A DNA stretch of 64,000 nucleotides, taken from positions 305,180 through 369,179 of the forward strand of contig CBDFLN010000002.1 of assembly GCA_965249215.1 (NCBI GenBank), written 5' to 3'. The notes beneath the pieces were generated by a model that was not told the origin of the DNA, did not search any database, and saw only the letters and a program-made list of their open reading frames with translations. Below are positions 27,658 to 37,700 of this stretch, one piece after another (within the stretch, counting starts at the first letter, position 1; each line of letters begins with the position of its first letter). Made by a program: the position numbers and the translations under genes. This DNA is from Dehalococcoidia bacterium (GTDB lineage Bacteria; Chloroflexota; Dehalococcoidia; Lucifugimonadales; UBA3495).

Positions 27658-28473
27658 GTGAAGAAGCTGGCAGCGGCATATGCCACAGAAAGCCTTGGGC
27701 TGAGTGAGAGAAGGGCCTGTCTGCTTACCGGCGTCTCGCCCTCGGTCTACCGGTACCAGCCGAAGCAGGGTGATGATGATGTCCTGCGCCTGAGAATGCG
27801 TGAGTTGGCAGGGGAGAGGAAGCGCTTCGGCAGTCCCAGGTTGCACATCATGCTGAAGAGGGAAGGCCTGGTGATCAATCACAAGCGTACAGAGCGCATC
27901 TACAGTGAAGAGGGCCTTGCGCTCAGGAAGAAGAGAAGGCGCAAGGGCGCGGCAAGGGCCAGGGAGACCGTTCCATCCCCGGTGCGCCCTAACCAGAGGT
28001 GGTCCATGGACTTTGTCTCGGATAACACTGTGATCGGTCGGCGCTTCCGGGCATTGGCCATAGTGGATGACTACTCCCGGGAGTGCCCAGCCATCGAGGT
28101 AGATACTTCCTTGGGAGGCGCCAGAGTAGTGGGCGTCCTGGAGAGGCTGGCAGAGACATGGGGACTACCTGAGGTGATCACTGTGGACAACGGTCCGGAA
28201 TTCGCAGGCAAGGCCATGGATGAGTGGGCATATCGGAGGGGCATCAAGTTGAGCTTTATCCGCCCCGGCCGGCCGGTAGAGAACGCCTTTGCTGAGAGCT
28301 TCAACGGCCGGCTGCGCGACGAATGCTTGAACATCAACTGGTTCATGAGCGTGAGGCATGCCAGGGAGATCATAGAAACCTGGCGGCAGGACTACAACGA
28401 GGTCAGACCCCACAGCTCTCTGAAAGGCAAAACACCCAAAGAGTTTGCTGACTCAATGGCCGGACTCTCCTAG
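27658..28473 (+). CDS. IS3-family transposase OrfB (rve / DDE integrase core)
   Basis: WSMDFV..D, ITVDNGPEF and RPHSSL motifs. Confidence 0.9.
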   Translation: MKKLAAAYATESLGLSERRACLLTGVSPSVYRYQPKQGDDDVLRLRMRELAGERKRFGSPRLHIMLKREGLVINHKRTERIYSEEGLALRKKRRRKGAARARETVPSPVRPNQRWSMDFVSDNTVIGRRFRALAIVDDYSRECPAIEVDTSLGGARVVGVLERLAETWGLPEVITVDNGPEFAGKAMDEWAYRRGIKLSFIRPGRPVENAFAESFNGRLRDECLNINWFMSVRHAREIIETWRQDYNEVRPHSSLKGKTPKEFADSMAGLS

Positions 28474-28935
28474 CCAGTGATACTAATTCCGGGGTAAGGT
28501 CAGGGCCCAAATCTACGCTATCGTCCAGGTGAACACCCGTCCCAAAACCGGGTTTCCAAAAGAACGCAAAAAGGAAATCATGGGGTACCGATGGCCAGCG
28601 AGGAACATAGCTGGGGCGCACCGAGGGTTGCACCGGCGGCCAGTGTACAGGTTCCAATTTCCCGGACTGAAAGGTAATGTCTGAAAAGACGGGTTTTTCT
28701 ACCCCCTCTGGTGTCCCATTGTCGCTGACGGCCTACACAATGGGGCAGCTTCAGGGGTAGAAAACCCTCACTATGTACCTGTCCAGTTTCCTGGGTCCAC
28801 CTCGGTCCATGGTATCGTTCCTTTCAGGTTGTTTCCAACATCCCTACTGAAGTATGATTCGTGAGGCCAACACAGAGGGTAGCGCCAAGCGTCACATACT
28901 CCCTGGCCTCCTGTCTTTCAAGGAGAAGAAAGTTC

Positions 28936-31900
28936 ATGCCAATCAGAAACCGCGACGACGCGGTCGAAGTTGAAAATCGCATCCGGCGTATCTTCTCCGC
29001 CTCGGCGGATGAGCGGGTTGCCGCGATTAGGGCCTTGTTCGTCGAGGAACTGGACTTTGCCCCAGCGTCCGGACATGTGGACCTCACCGGCGCGCCGGGT
29101 AATGCCGAGCTTCCATCCTCCGCCCAACGCGTCGCTGAGCTGGACGGGGTCCAGGTGGTGTACGTTGCGCTGGACACACCGGAGACGAGCCGCGTGCGAA
29201 AAGGGGAGGCCTTTGCTGCAGTCAAGAAGGTTTCGGACCAACTCGCCGGAGACCTGCTCTTGGTCTTCACCAACACCTCAGGAAGCCAGCTTCACCTGAT
29301 CCAGCCCAGCTACGAGGGTACGCGGCCGACGCTGCGCCGCATGGTCGTAGAGCGCGACCTGCCACAGCGCACGGCGGTGCAGCAGGTTTCCAGCATCTAC
29401 TGGAACCACCAAGACAGCGGCAGCATCCGATCGGCGCTAGACAAGGCCTTCGACGTCGAGGCGGTCACCAAGGCGTTCTTCCAGGAGTACAAGCGGGTGT
29501 TCGACTTAGCGATGGACAGCGTCGAGGGTTTCGGCAAGGATGAGGAGGAACTGGAAAACAAGAAGTTGTTCGTCCAGACGCTTTTCAACCGCCTGATGTT
29601 CGTCTATTTCTTGTCGCGGAAGGGGTGGCTCGCTTTCAAGGGCGACAAGGACTATCTCGCCGCCCTGTGGCGCGACTATGGTTCCGATTCCAGCCAGACC
29701 AATTTCTACGAGAATAGGCTGGCCCTCGTCTTTTTCGTCGGGCTGAACAATCCCCAGTCTCGTGACCTGATGCGGGATAACCCTGTGATGTACGGTCTTA
29801 TCGGCGACGTGCCGTTTCTCAACGGTGGGCTGTTCGATAAGACCAACCTCGACAGGGTTACCGTGCCGGATGAGGCCGTCAAGCCTATCCTGAACGACTT
29901 GTTCGACCGCTTCAACTTCACCGTGCTGGAGTCGACGCCCTTCGATGTCGAGGTGGCGGTGGACCCGGAGATGCTGGGAAAGGTCTTCGAGGAACTGGTC
30001 ACGGGCAGGCACGACACGGGCTCCTACTACACGCCGCGTCCTGTCGTCTCATTCATGTGCCGGGAGGCTTTGAAAGGCTACCTGGCCAGCTGCAACACCG
30101 GACTAACGTCTAACAGCATCACCAACTTTGTGGATGAGAGGGACACGTCGGGCATCTCGCTTGCCTCGGCCCCCAAAGTGGCCGAGGCCCTGGACGCGGT
30201 GACCGTGGTCGACCCCGCGTGCGGCTCGGGCGCGTACCTGCTGGGAATGATGCAGGAACTCATCGACCTGCAGACCGCTTTGTTCAACGTCGGGGTGGAC
30301 CCCAAAGGGTTGTACGATCTGAAGCTGCACATCATCGAGCGCAACCTATACGGCGTGGATATCGACGAGTTCGCCGTGAACATCGCCATGCTGCGGCTGT
30401 GGCTTTCCCTGGCCATCGAGTACGAGGGCGAACACCCACAGCCCCTACCTAACCTCGACTTCAAGGTCCTCTGCGGCGACAGTCTGCTGGGGCCAGACCC
30501 CAGCGCCGGTGTGGAAGTCCAAGGTACGCTGGGGTACAACGTGGAGCAAGTAAAGCAGTTGGGCCGGCTAAAGGCCGACTATATGCGGGCATCGCTGGGT
30601 CCCGACAAAGAACGCTTGCGCAAGGAAATCCAGGAGACCGAGGCTGGCGTCAGGGAGGCGTTTGGAGCAGCCGGTGATGATCAAGGCACGCTGAACTGGC
30701 GGGTAGAGTTTGCGGAGGTGTTTGCGCAGCGGCGAGGATTCGACATCGCCATCGCAAACCCGCCGTACGTGCAATTGCAAAACAACGAAGGCTTGCTGGC
30801 CAACAAGTACAAGGATATGGGCTACAGTACTCTCACTCGCACCGGTGATGTCTACCAACTGTTCTACGAGCGAGGCTGCCAAGTGCTCAAGCCTGTCGAT
30901 GGGCTGTTGGCTTATATTACCTCCAATAGTTGGCTGAAGGCGGAATACGGCAAGAGCACCCGCAGGTACTTCTCCGAAGGCCACACACCCCTGCGGCTGC
31001 TGGAACTGGGCAAGGACGTGTTCGATTCAGCCATCGTGGATTCCGGGGTATTGGTGCTGAAGACGGGGGGAGCGGGCGACGTTTTCCCCGGCGTGGACAT
31101 GGAGAGTTTGAACGTCAGGGAAATCCCGCCTCCCGAGCACCTGTGGGGGCGGGTGAGGCCCGAGGGCGACGCTCCGTGGAGTATCCTGTCGGCCTTGGAG
31201 CAAAGCGTGCTGTACAAGATGCGGTCTGTGGGCAAGGCACTGGCGGAGTGGGACGTCCGGATCAACCGCGGCATCCTGACCGGCTACAACAAGGCTTTCA
31301 TCATCGATACAGCGACCAGAGATGCGCTGGTGGATACGGACCCGAAGTCCGCGGAGATCATCAAGCCTATCCTAAAGGGGCGGGCCATCCGGCGCTACCG
31401 GGCGAAATGGGAGGGCCAGTGGTTGGTCGCGACCCACAACGGATACGGAGATGTCGAGAGCATCAACATCAATAGCTACCCAGCGGTTAAGGCACATCTG
31501 GTGCAATTCTACCCCCAGCTTGAAAGGCGGCAGGACAGGGGCAGCACTCCGTACAACCTGCGTCACTGCGTCTACTACCATGAGTTCGCCAAAGAAAAGC
31601 TTTTTTGGATTGAGTTGGTTGACAACGGGAGATTCGCTTACGACAACAGCGGCATATACGGAGAAGCGACTACCTTTGTGATGACTGGCGAGGGGCTCAA
31701 ATTTTTGTGCGCCGTTTTGAACTCCCCGCTAATCCGCTGGTTCTTAAGGCAAGTAGCTCCTACCTCCGGCATGGGCACACTGCGCTGGAAAAAGGTCTAC
31801 GTCGAAACCATTCCCATCCCCAAGATTCCTTCCGACGAGCAACGCCCATTCATTGAGCTCGTGGACCGCATCCTGGATGCCAAGGACGCCGACGCCGGGG

Positions 31901-32001
31901 CGGACACCAGCGAATTGGAGGCGGAGGTCGATGGGCTGGTGAATGGATTGTACGGGCTCAATAGAGAGGAGATCAAGGCGGTCGAGGGGCGGTTGGGATG
32001 A
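28936..32001 (+). CDS. Eco57I/PglX/DrmMI-like N6-adenine DNA methyltransferase with TaqI-type C-terminal specificity region
   Basis: Motif I VVDPACGSGAYLL, motif IV IANPPYV, and a C-terminal RGILTGYNKAFII. AAGGAGAAG RBS lies before ATG 28936. No clear PD-(D/E)xK triad is seen in the N-terminal region. Confidence 0.85.
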   Translation: MPIRNRDDAVEVENRIRRIFSASADERVAAIRALFVEELDFAPASGHVDLTGAPGNAELPSSAQRVAELDGVQVVYVALDTPETSRVRKGEAFAAVKKVSDQLAGDLLLVFTNTSGSQLHLIQPSYEGTRPTLRRMVVERDLPQRTAVQQVSSIYWNHQDSGSIRSALDKAFDVEAVTKAFFQEYKRVFDLAMDSVEGFGKDEEELENKKLFVQTLFNRLMFVYFLSRKGWLAFKGDKDYLAALWRDYGSDSSQTNFYENRLALVFFVGLNNPQSRDLMRDNPVMYGLIGDVPFLNGGLFDKTNLDRVTVPDEAVKPILNDLFDRFNFTVLESTPFDVEVAVDPEMLGKVFEELVTGRHDTGSYYTPRPVVSFMCREALKGYLASCNTGLTSNSITNFVDERDTSGISLASAPKVAEALDAVTVVDPACGSGAYLLGMMQELIDLQTALFNVGVDPKGLYDLKLHIIERNLYGVDIDEFAVNIAMLRLWLSLAIEYEGEHPQPLPNLDFKVLCGDSLLGPDPSAGVEVQGTLGYNVEQVKQLGRLKADYMRASLGPDKERLRKEIQETEAGVREAFGAAGDDQGTLNWRVEFAEVFAQRRGFDIAIANPPYVQLQNNEGLLANKYKDMGYSTLTRTGDVYQLFYERGCQVLKPVDGLLAYITSNSWLKAEYGKSTRRYFSEGHTPLRLLELGKDVFDSAIVDSGVLVLKTGGAGDVFPGVDMESLNVREIPPPEHLWGRVRPEGDAPWSILSALEQSVLYKMRSVGKALAEWDVRINRGILTGYNKAFIIDTATRDALVDTDPKSAEIIKPILKGRAIRRYRAKWEGQWLVATHNGYGDVESININSYPAVKAHLVQFYPQLERRQDRGSTPYNLRHCVYYHEFAKEKLFWIELVDNGRFAYDNSGIYGEATTFVMTGEGLKFLCAVLNSPLIRWFLRQVAPTSGMGTLRWKKVYVETIPIPKIPSDEQRPFIELVDRILDAKDADAGADTSELEAEVDGLVNGLYGLNREEIKAVEGRLG

Positions 32002-32021
32002 CTATCACTCAGGAGGCAGTC

Positions 32022-32255
32022 ATGGGAGCCAGGATGCCCGCAGTAGGAGAGGTGCTTATCCACCGGTTCCGGAAACGACCAGGTGAAGTCCAAGCCAAAG
32101 TGGTCAACGTCGACCCGAAGCGCCGGTCCGTCCGGGTACGAGTGGAAGGCAAGGAGTACGCCTCCCTGTCGGCAGCAGCCAAGGCCGTAGCGGGCATCAG
32201 CCAGAACGGTTGGGTGTACTGGGGCCTCAAGAAGCAGGTGGCGCGGCGAACGTAG
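32022..32255 (+). CDS. Small DUF2924/DUF4357-like protein
   Basis: ..EGKEYASLSAAAKAVAGISQNGWVYWGLK signature. AGGAGG RBS lies before ATG 32022. The frame is also open from ATG 31998, which overlaps the methyltransferase stop (ATGA). Confidence 0.5.
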   Translation: MGARMPAVGEVLIHRFRKRPGEVQAKVVNVDPKRRSVRVRVEGKEYASLSAAAKAVAGISQNGWVYWGLKKQVARRT

Positions 32256-32266
32256 AAGGCATTGTC

Positions 32267-33370
32267 ATGCCTGACTGGACGCTGCACGAATGGCTAGTAG
32301 TTATCATCCCTGCTGGAGCAGCGGTGATTGCTATGATGACACTTATAGCTGCGCTCCTCGCTTGGCGTAGACCACGGCGTCCCAGGAGTGATCCCAGCAG
32401 GGAAATCAAGAGGTATGAGGCATACCACGGCAAAGAATATCCTGCAATCCACGCGACTAGCGGCGTTCCCACCCTCTCGCAGTTGACGGATGGCGTGGAC
32501 TTGGACGCCAGGAGGTTAGGTCTCGCGCGACGCCTCTATGAAAGCGGGTTTGCGCAGTTCAACCATTACGTCAATAACAGGGACGGGATGATAGAGGAGT
32601 CCCGTGGCCAGATGGCCCGTCTGGTCGGCGGTCTCGGAGAGACAGAGATATCTAAGGCCGAAAGCGTAGGGACATCGCTCGCGGTGATTGAAGATTGTGA
32701 GCAAGGAGAGGCGGACCAGTCACAGTACAAGCACTTTTCTCCCCAGGCTCAAATCTATGCGCAACATAAGCGGCGAGAGACAGAAGCGATCAGGAGCATA
32801 GCGCGCGATCTGGAGACAAACACTCCCCGAACTGATTACACGTCAGTAAAAGCGCGGATAGCGTCGGGAAACGTGAGACTGGACTCAATAATGAGCGAGC
32901 TTCCTATTGCCTGGCAAGATATCAGAACTCTCAACGAAAAGGCCGAAAGACCGAAATTAAACGGCAGGCCGCCCAAACGCGAATTACTTCATCTCATACT
33001 TATGACGAGAGATCAAGGGGAATTGGAGGACAAACGCGCCGAGAAGGACGGCAACTGGATAATAAGCAACAAGCACGAAATTATGGTCCCAAACCAAGCT
33101 CCAGTTCCAACGTTTGTGCACTTAAAAGAGGGTGCCCCTCCGGTTCGGAAGAGCGAAGCGGTAGTCGTCACTCATGACCAAGGCAGTCAATGGGAAACCG
33201 AGTTCTGGAGGAAGGGCGGACGCCTGGATCAGGTGTACCTGCGCGCCAAGAGCGGTAGAGATCCAGAGCAACTTTGGAGGGCTTACCGAAGGCGACTGGT
33301 CAACAGAGCCGCGTGGGTAGTGTGCGGCGCTTTGCTGATAGGGGACATTATCTTGTTTTTCAGATTATGA
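32267..33370 (+). CDS. Two-pass membrane protein with a long charged central region, function unknown
   Basis: 367 aa. Hydrophobic helices occur at the N-terminus (VVIIPAGAAVIAMMTLIAALLAW) and the C-terminus (AAWVVCGALLIGDIILFF). I recognise no family. Confidence 0.55.
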   Translation: MPDWTLHEWLVVIIPAGAAVIAMMTLIAALLAWRRPRRPRSDPSREIKRYEAYHGKEYPAIHATSGVPTLSQLTDGVDLDARRLGLARRLYESGFAQFNHYVNNRDGMIEESRGQMARLVGGLGETEISKAESVGTSLAVIEDCEQGEADQSQYKHFSPQAQIYAQHKRRETEAIRSIARDLETNTPRTDYTSVKARIASGNVRLDSIMSELPIAWQDIRTLNEKAERPKLNGRPPKRELLHLILMTRDQGELEDKRAEKDGNWIISNKHEIMVPNQAPVPTFVHLKEGAPPVRKSEAVVVTHDQGSQWETEFWRKGGRLDQVYLRAKSGRDPEQLWRAYRRRLVNRAAWVVCGALLIGDIILFFRL

Positions 33371-33396
33371 CGTCTGATGGGTACAGGAGATATTGT

Positions 33397-33678
33397 ATGA
33401 AAGCTAATTTTGATGACAGATACAACAACTCGGCCCGTACACCGTTGGAGGTCTTTGACCTGGTGGAGGGAGCGGCGGTGACGGTATCAGTGAAGAAGGC
33501 TTCCGCAGTCGTATCTGACTGGAAGGCGGCGCCGAGGCTAGGACTGGCTGCCATCGTGGAGAGGATCACAGAAATCCATAATTCAATGCCGCCAGATGCG
33601 TGGGACGATCTTCCCACTGACCTGACGACGACCAAGAAGCACTACCGTTACGGCCGTCCAATTGAGTCCCTGAATTGA
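33397..33678 (+). CDS. Small soluble protein, function unknown
   Basis: 93 aa from ATG 33397, with an AGGAGA RBS. The frame is also open from ATG 33367, which overlaps the upstream stop (ATGA). Confidence 0.45.
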   Translation: MKANFDDRYNNSARTPLEVFDLVEGAAVTVSVKKASAVVSDWKAAPRLGLAAIVERITEIHNSMPPDAWDDLPTDLTTTKKHYRYGRPIESLN

Positions 33679-33709
33679 CGTCAATCAGGTAAACGGATAG
33701 GCTTGAGGC

Positions 33710-34522
33710 ATGGAGGTATGTCCCGCTTTTATTGACGAAACCGGAATTCTGTCCGGTCCCCCACAGCAGCAACCAGTCTATGGGATTGGGGTTCTGGTTA
33801 TCCCCGACACCACGGCCATTACGGATAGTTTGTACCGCCTGCATTTTAACTTTAGCGCCGACCGAATGAAGCAACGTCAGGAGTTGCGTAAGGAGATTCA
33901 GTCTCGGGTCGAACCAACGACATTGTTGGAAGTGGACCGGCTGATGCACTCGACGCGCCACCATGAGTACAAGTTCACAGAGGTTACTCGCTTCAACCTT
34001 CAGCAGTACATCGATTTGCTGAATCTGTATTTTGCGTTCCCGCAACCCGCGTTTCACGCGGTGTTGATGAACCGTCTAGACCCCGACTATAGCTTGTATC
34101 GGTGGAATGGCGATGTATGGAACGCCTATGCTCACCTGACCCTTGACCTGCTGGAGCGACGCGTGGACCGGGATGTTTTCGCTATAGTGGACTTACAAGG
34201 TAAGCCGGACTATTCACCGGTGTATCTGGAGGAACTTCTTTGCACGGCGCCAACCGTCAAGGGCTGTCTCCGGGCGACGTCCGATATGTCCGTCTATTTG
34301 CAACTGGTGGACGTGCTGCTGGGCTGTGTTCAGTTCGATTGGAAAGACGCTAACGGCTTCTACGGCGCGGGGTCGCGCCGGGCGACGGAGAAACGAGAAC
34401 TGGTGAACTTTGTTAAAAGCCGATTGGGGCTTCGGCCTAAAGAGAGGTTTTTGGACGGCGATAACGCATCCAGGGAATGGGAATCGCCTTCCAGATTTAC
34501 AGTTTATCGTGGCGCTTGGTAG
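33710..34522 (+). CDS. DUF3800-family protein
   Basis: 270 aa. The N-terminal AFIDETG motif is characteristic of DUF3800. Confidence 0.65.
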   Translation: MEVCPAFIDETGILSGPPQQQPVYGIGVLVIPDTTAITDSLYRLHFNFSADRMKQRQELRKEIQSRVEPTTLLEVDRLMHSTRHHEYKFTEVTRFNLQQYIDLLNLYFAFPQPAFHAVLMNRLDPDYSLYRWNGDVWNAYAHLTLDLLERRVDRDVFAIVDLQGKPDYSPVYLEELLCTAPTVKGCLRATSDMSVYLQLVDVLLGCVQFDWKDANGFYGAGSRRATEKRELVNFVKSRLGLRPKERFLDGDNASREWESPSRFTVYRGAW

Positions 34523-34707
34523 ACCGCTGGGCCACACAAAGGGAGGCACGGCTATGTCCGGCGTCCATCCCTGAAGCGGGACAACGTTGCCCGGCCACTC
34601 CGTGCTTACTTCACCAGCGTAACGATCAATATTCGTAATGTCAATAGACAGCAGTGAATGGCGGAGCCTCTCTTCCGACCTAGTCTAGATTTTGCAAGAG
34701 TAACATT

Positions 34708-37700
34708 GTGCCTCCAAGTAATATTCTCCACGCCACCACCGATCCGACGCTGCTGACCCGGCTGAAGGAGATGCTGGGCAGTTCCGCCAGGGCGGACATA
34801 GCCGTCGGCTACTTCTTCATCAGCGGGTTCGAGGCGGTGGCCGACGACCTGGCGCGGCTGGGCAAGGTGCGCATCCTGGTGGGGCGCACCGACCGGCAGG
34901 TGCTGGAGGAGGTGGCCGTGGGGCTACAACAGCACCAGGCCCTGCAAGCCCGGCTGGACGCGGACGCCCTGGTGCGGCGCAGCCAGCGAAGCGAGATAGC
35001 CCAGGAGACCGTTGCCCGGGTGGCAGAGGGCGTGGCCGTGCTCCCCCAGGAGAAGGCGACGGAAGCAGCGGTGTCCAAGCTGCGGGACATGGTGGCCCTG
35101 GGCAAGGTGGAGGTGCGGGCTTACCTGCGAAGTCCCCTACACGCCAAGGCGTACCTGTGCTGGTACGACAACCACGCCGAACCCGGAGCGGCGGTGGTCG
35201 GATCGTCCAATCTCACGCTGGCCGGGTTCACCGGCAACACCGAGCTCAACGTACGCGTCACCGGAGATGGGGAAATGGCCGCGTTGCGGGACTGGTTCGA
35301 TGACCTGTGGGGAGACTCGGAGGACATCGGCGCGGCCCTGGTAACGGAGCTGGAGCGGTCGTGGGCCCTGGCCAAGACGCCGCCATACCACGTCTATTTG
35401 AAAGCCCTCTACGAGCTTTACTACACCGATGTCGGCGGCGGGCAGCTGACAGTCCCGCCGCGCGACCGGGAACTGGCCAACTTTCAGGTGGACGCTGTGC
35501 GCCGGGGACTGACCATGATAGAGACCCACGGAGGTTGCTACGTCGGCGACGTGGTGGGGCTGGGCAAGACGTTCATCGGGGCGGAATTGCTGCGCCAGCT
35601 GCGGATGACCTACCCCAGCGACGGGCCGCCGCTGATTCTTTGCCCCGCCAGGCTGAAGCCCATGTGGGAGGTGTTCAACGAGCGCTTCGCCCTGGGGGCC
35701 GAGGTAGTCTCCCACAGCATGATCGCTGCGCCTGCGGAAGCCGAGTTTGACGAGGAACTGGGCCGCTACGTGGGCGCGGAGCCGTCGAGTCACGGCATTG
35801 TCCTCGAGCAGACATACCGCAACCGCGGGCCGGTGCTGGTGGACGAGGCCCACAATTTCCGCAACATCAACCAGCGTTCCAGAGGGCTAATCGACTACCT
35901 GGAATCTGGCGAGCACAAGCTGATTCTCCTGAGCGCTACGCCGCAGAACCTGGGACCCATGGACATATACCGCCAGCTCCGGCTGTTTCTCCACGACACC
36001 GAGCATGGCATCAACATCGAGCCAATCAGCCTGGAGTCCTATTTCAACAACGCCCAGCGGTGGCTGGCCTATCAAGTGGAGGACGAGAACTACAAGGCGG
36101 AGTACCGTTCGTGGGAGGATTCGAGATCAGCCGCACCGCCGCCTCTACCACCCGCCAAGCCGACAGTCCCCAAGGCGGATATAACCGAAGTGCTGACGCC
36201 CGTGTTCATACGCCGCCGGCGCAAGGACATACGCGACCAGTACGGAGACACGGCGCTGGTGGACGGCAAGCCGGTGCGCTTCCCAGAGCCGGTCCTGGAC
36301 AACGTGGAGTACCGGTTGGACAAGGTGTACGCAAAGGCAGGGTCTCTGGAAGAGTTGCAGACGTTGCTGGGTGAACATCAGGCGGTCCGGTACCGGGCGA
36401 CGGAGTACATAAGCGAGGAGGCCAAGAAGAAGCCGGAATACAGGGACCTCTTCCGAGCAGGGGACAGGATCGCCCGGCTCATGGGGGTATTGCTGCTTAA
36501 GCGATTGGAGTCCAGCATCGAGGCCTTCCGGTCTACATTGAACTCTCTGATATCCAGCAACCGGAACTTCCGCGAGGCCCTGGCCTCCGGCTTCGTTCCC
36601 ATTGGAAGCACGGCGACCCGCCTGCTGGCCGGGCAGTCATTCGACGTGGACGACTTGCTGGAAGTGCTCAAGCAGGAAGAACAGCGCCGCCAGGAAACGG
36701 GCAGTGCGCGTGACAAGCTAGTGCACACGGTGGCCGATTTCCGGGCCGAAGAGTGGATGCAAGACCTGGACGCGGACTATGACGTGCTAAAGGACATCCA
36801 GGGACGCGTCAAGGACATCGGGCCGGAAGATGACGACAAGCTGCGGGCGCTGCGGGGATTCCTGGCGCGGCCTGAAGTGAAGGCGGGGAAAGTCCTGATA
36901 TTCTCCGAGGCTGAGACGACAGTAGAGTATCTCTACCGAGAGCTAAATCCCAAAGGCGAGCAGGCTGAAATCGCTCGGATAACCGGTAACACGAGCCACG
37001 ACGCCGAGAGAATCGTCCAACGGTTCTCCCCAACGTGGAACCTAAAGGAACGCGAGGCCATGCCCGGGCCTGAAATACGGGTGCTACTGGCCACAGACAT
37101 CGTGTCCGAGGGTCAGAACCTTCAGGACTGCGCCTGCGTGTTGAACTATGACCTGCACTGGAATCCAGTCCGCCTCATCCAGCGGTTCGGGCGGGTCGAC
37201 AGGATTGGAACGGAACACGAGGTGATCAACCTCCACAACATGTGGCCAGACGTGGAGGTAGATGCCGAGTTGACGTTGACCGATCGGCTTCACCGGCGCA
37301 TCCAGTCGTTCCACGACCTCATCGGATTGGACAGCAAGCTGCTCTCCGATGCAGAACGGCTGAACGCCAATGCGATGTACCGCATCTACGAAGGTAAGAC
37401 CCTGCCAGAGATGGACGACGGGTTGGACGAGGTGGCCGCGAACCAGCGGGCGATCACGCTGCTGCAGCGCATCCAGGACGAAGACCCGGAATTGTGGCAG
37501 ACCATCACCCGCTTGCCGGACGGCATAAGATCAGCGTTGCAGGCCCGCACCGAACAGCCTTCGGCGCCAAATGACCAATACGCTCAGGGCGTGTTTGCGG
37601 TGGAGGGGGCTCAGGCCCCCCTTATGTCACCATCTGCGATGGCGTCCGTAATTTCCCCGTTCGACGACCCCAAACAGGGAGAAACGCTGGTCTTGATGAG

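Larger units (their letters stand above)
27309..28502 (+). mobile_element. IS3-family insertion sequence (1194 bp)
   Basis: The ends are TGACCGTACCCC.. and ..GGGGTAAGGTCA (imperfect IRs). A 4-bp direct repeat GGGC flanks it (27305-27308 and 28503-28506). It has the orfA/orfB organisation. Confidence 0.9.

Noticed and set aside
28861-28935. Upstream extension of the methyltransferase ORF (track start 28861)
   Set aside because: An internal ATG at 28936 with an AAGGAGAAG RBS gives a more plausible start, and the extension has no RBS.
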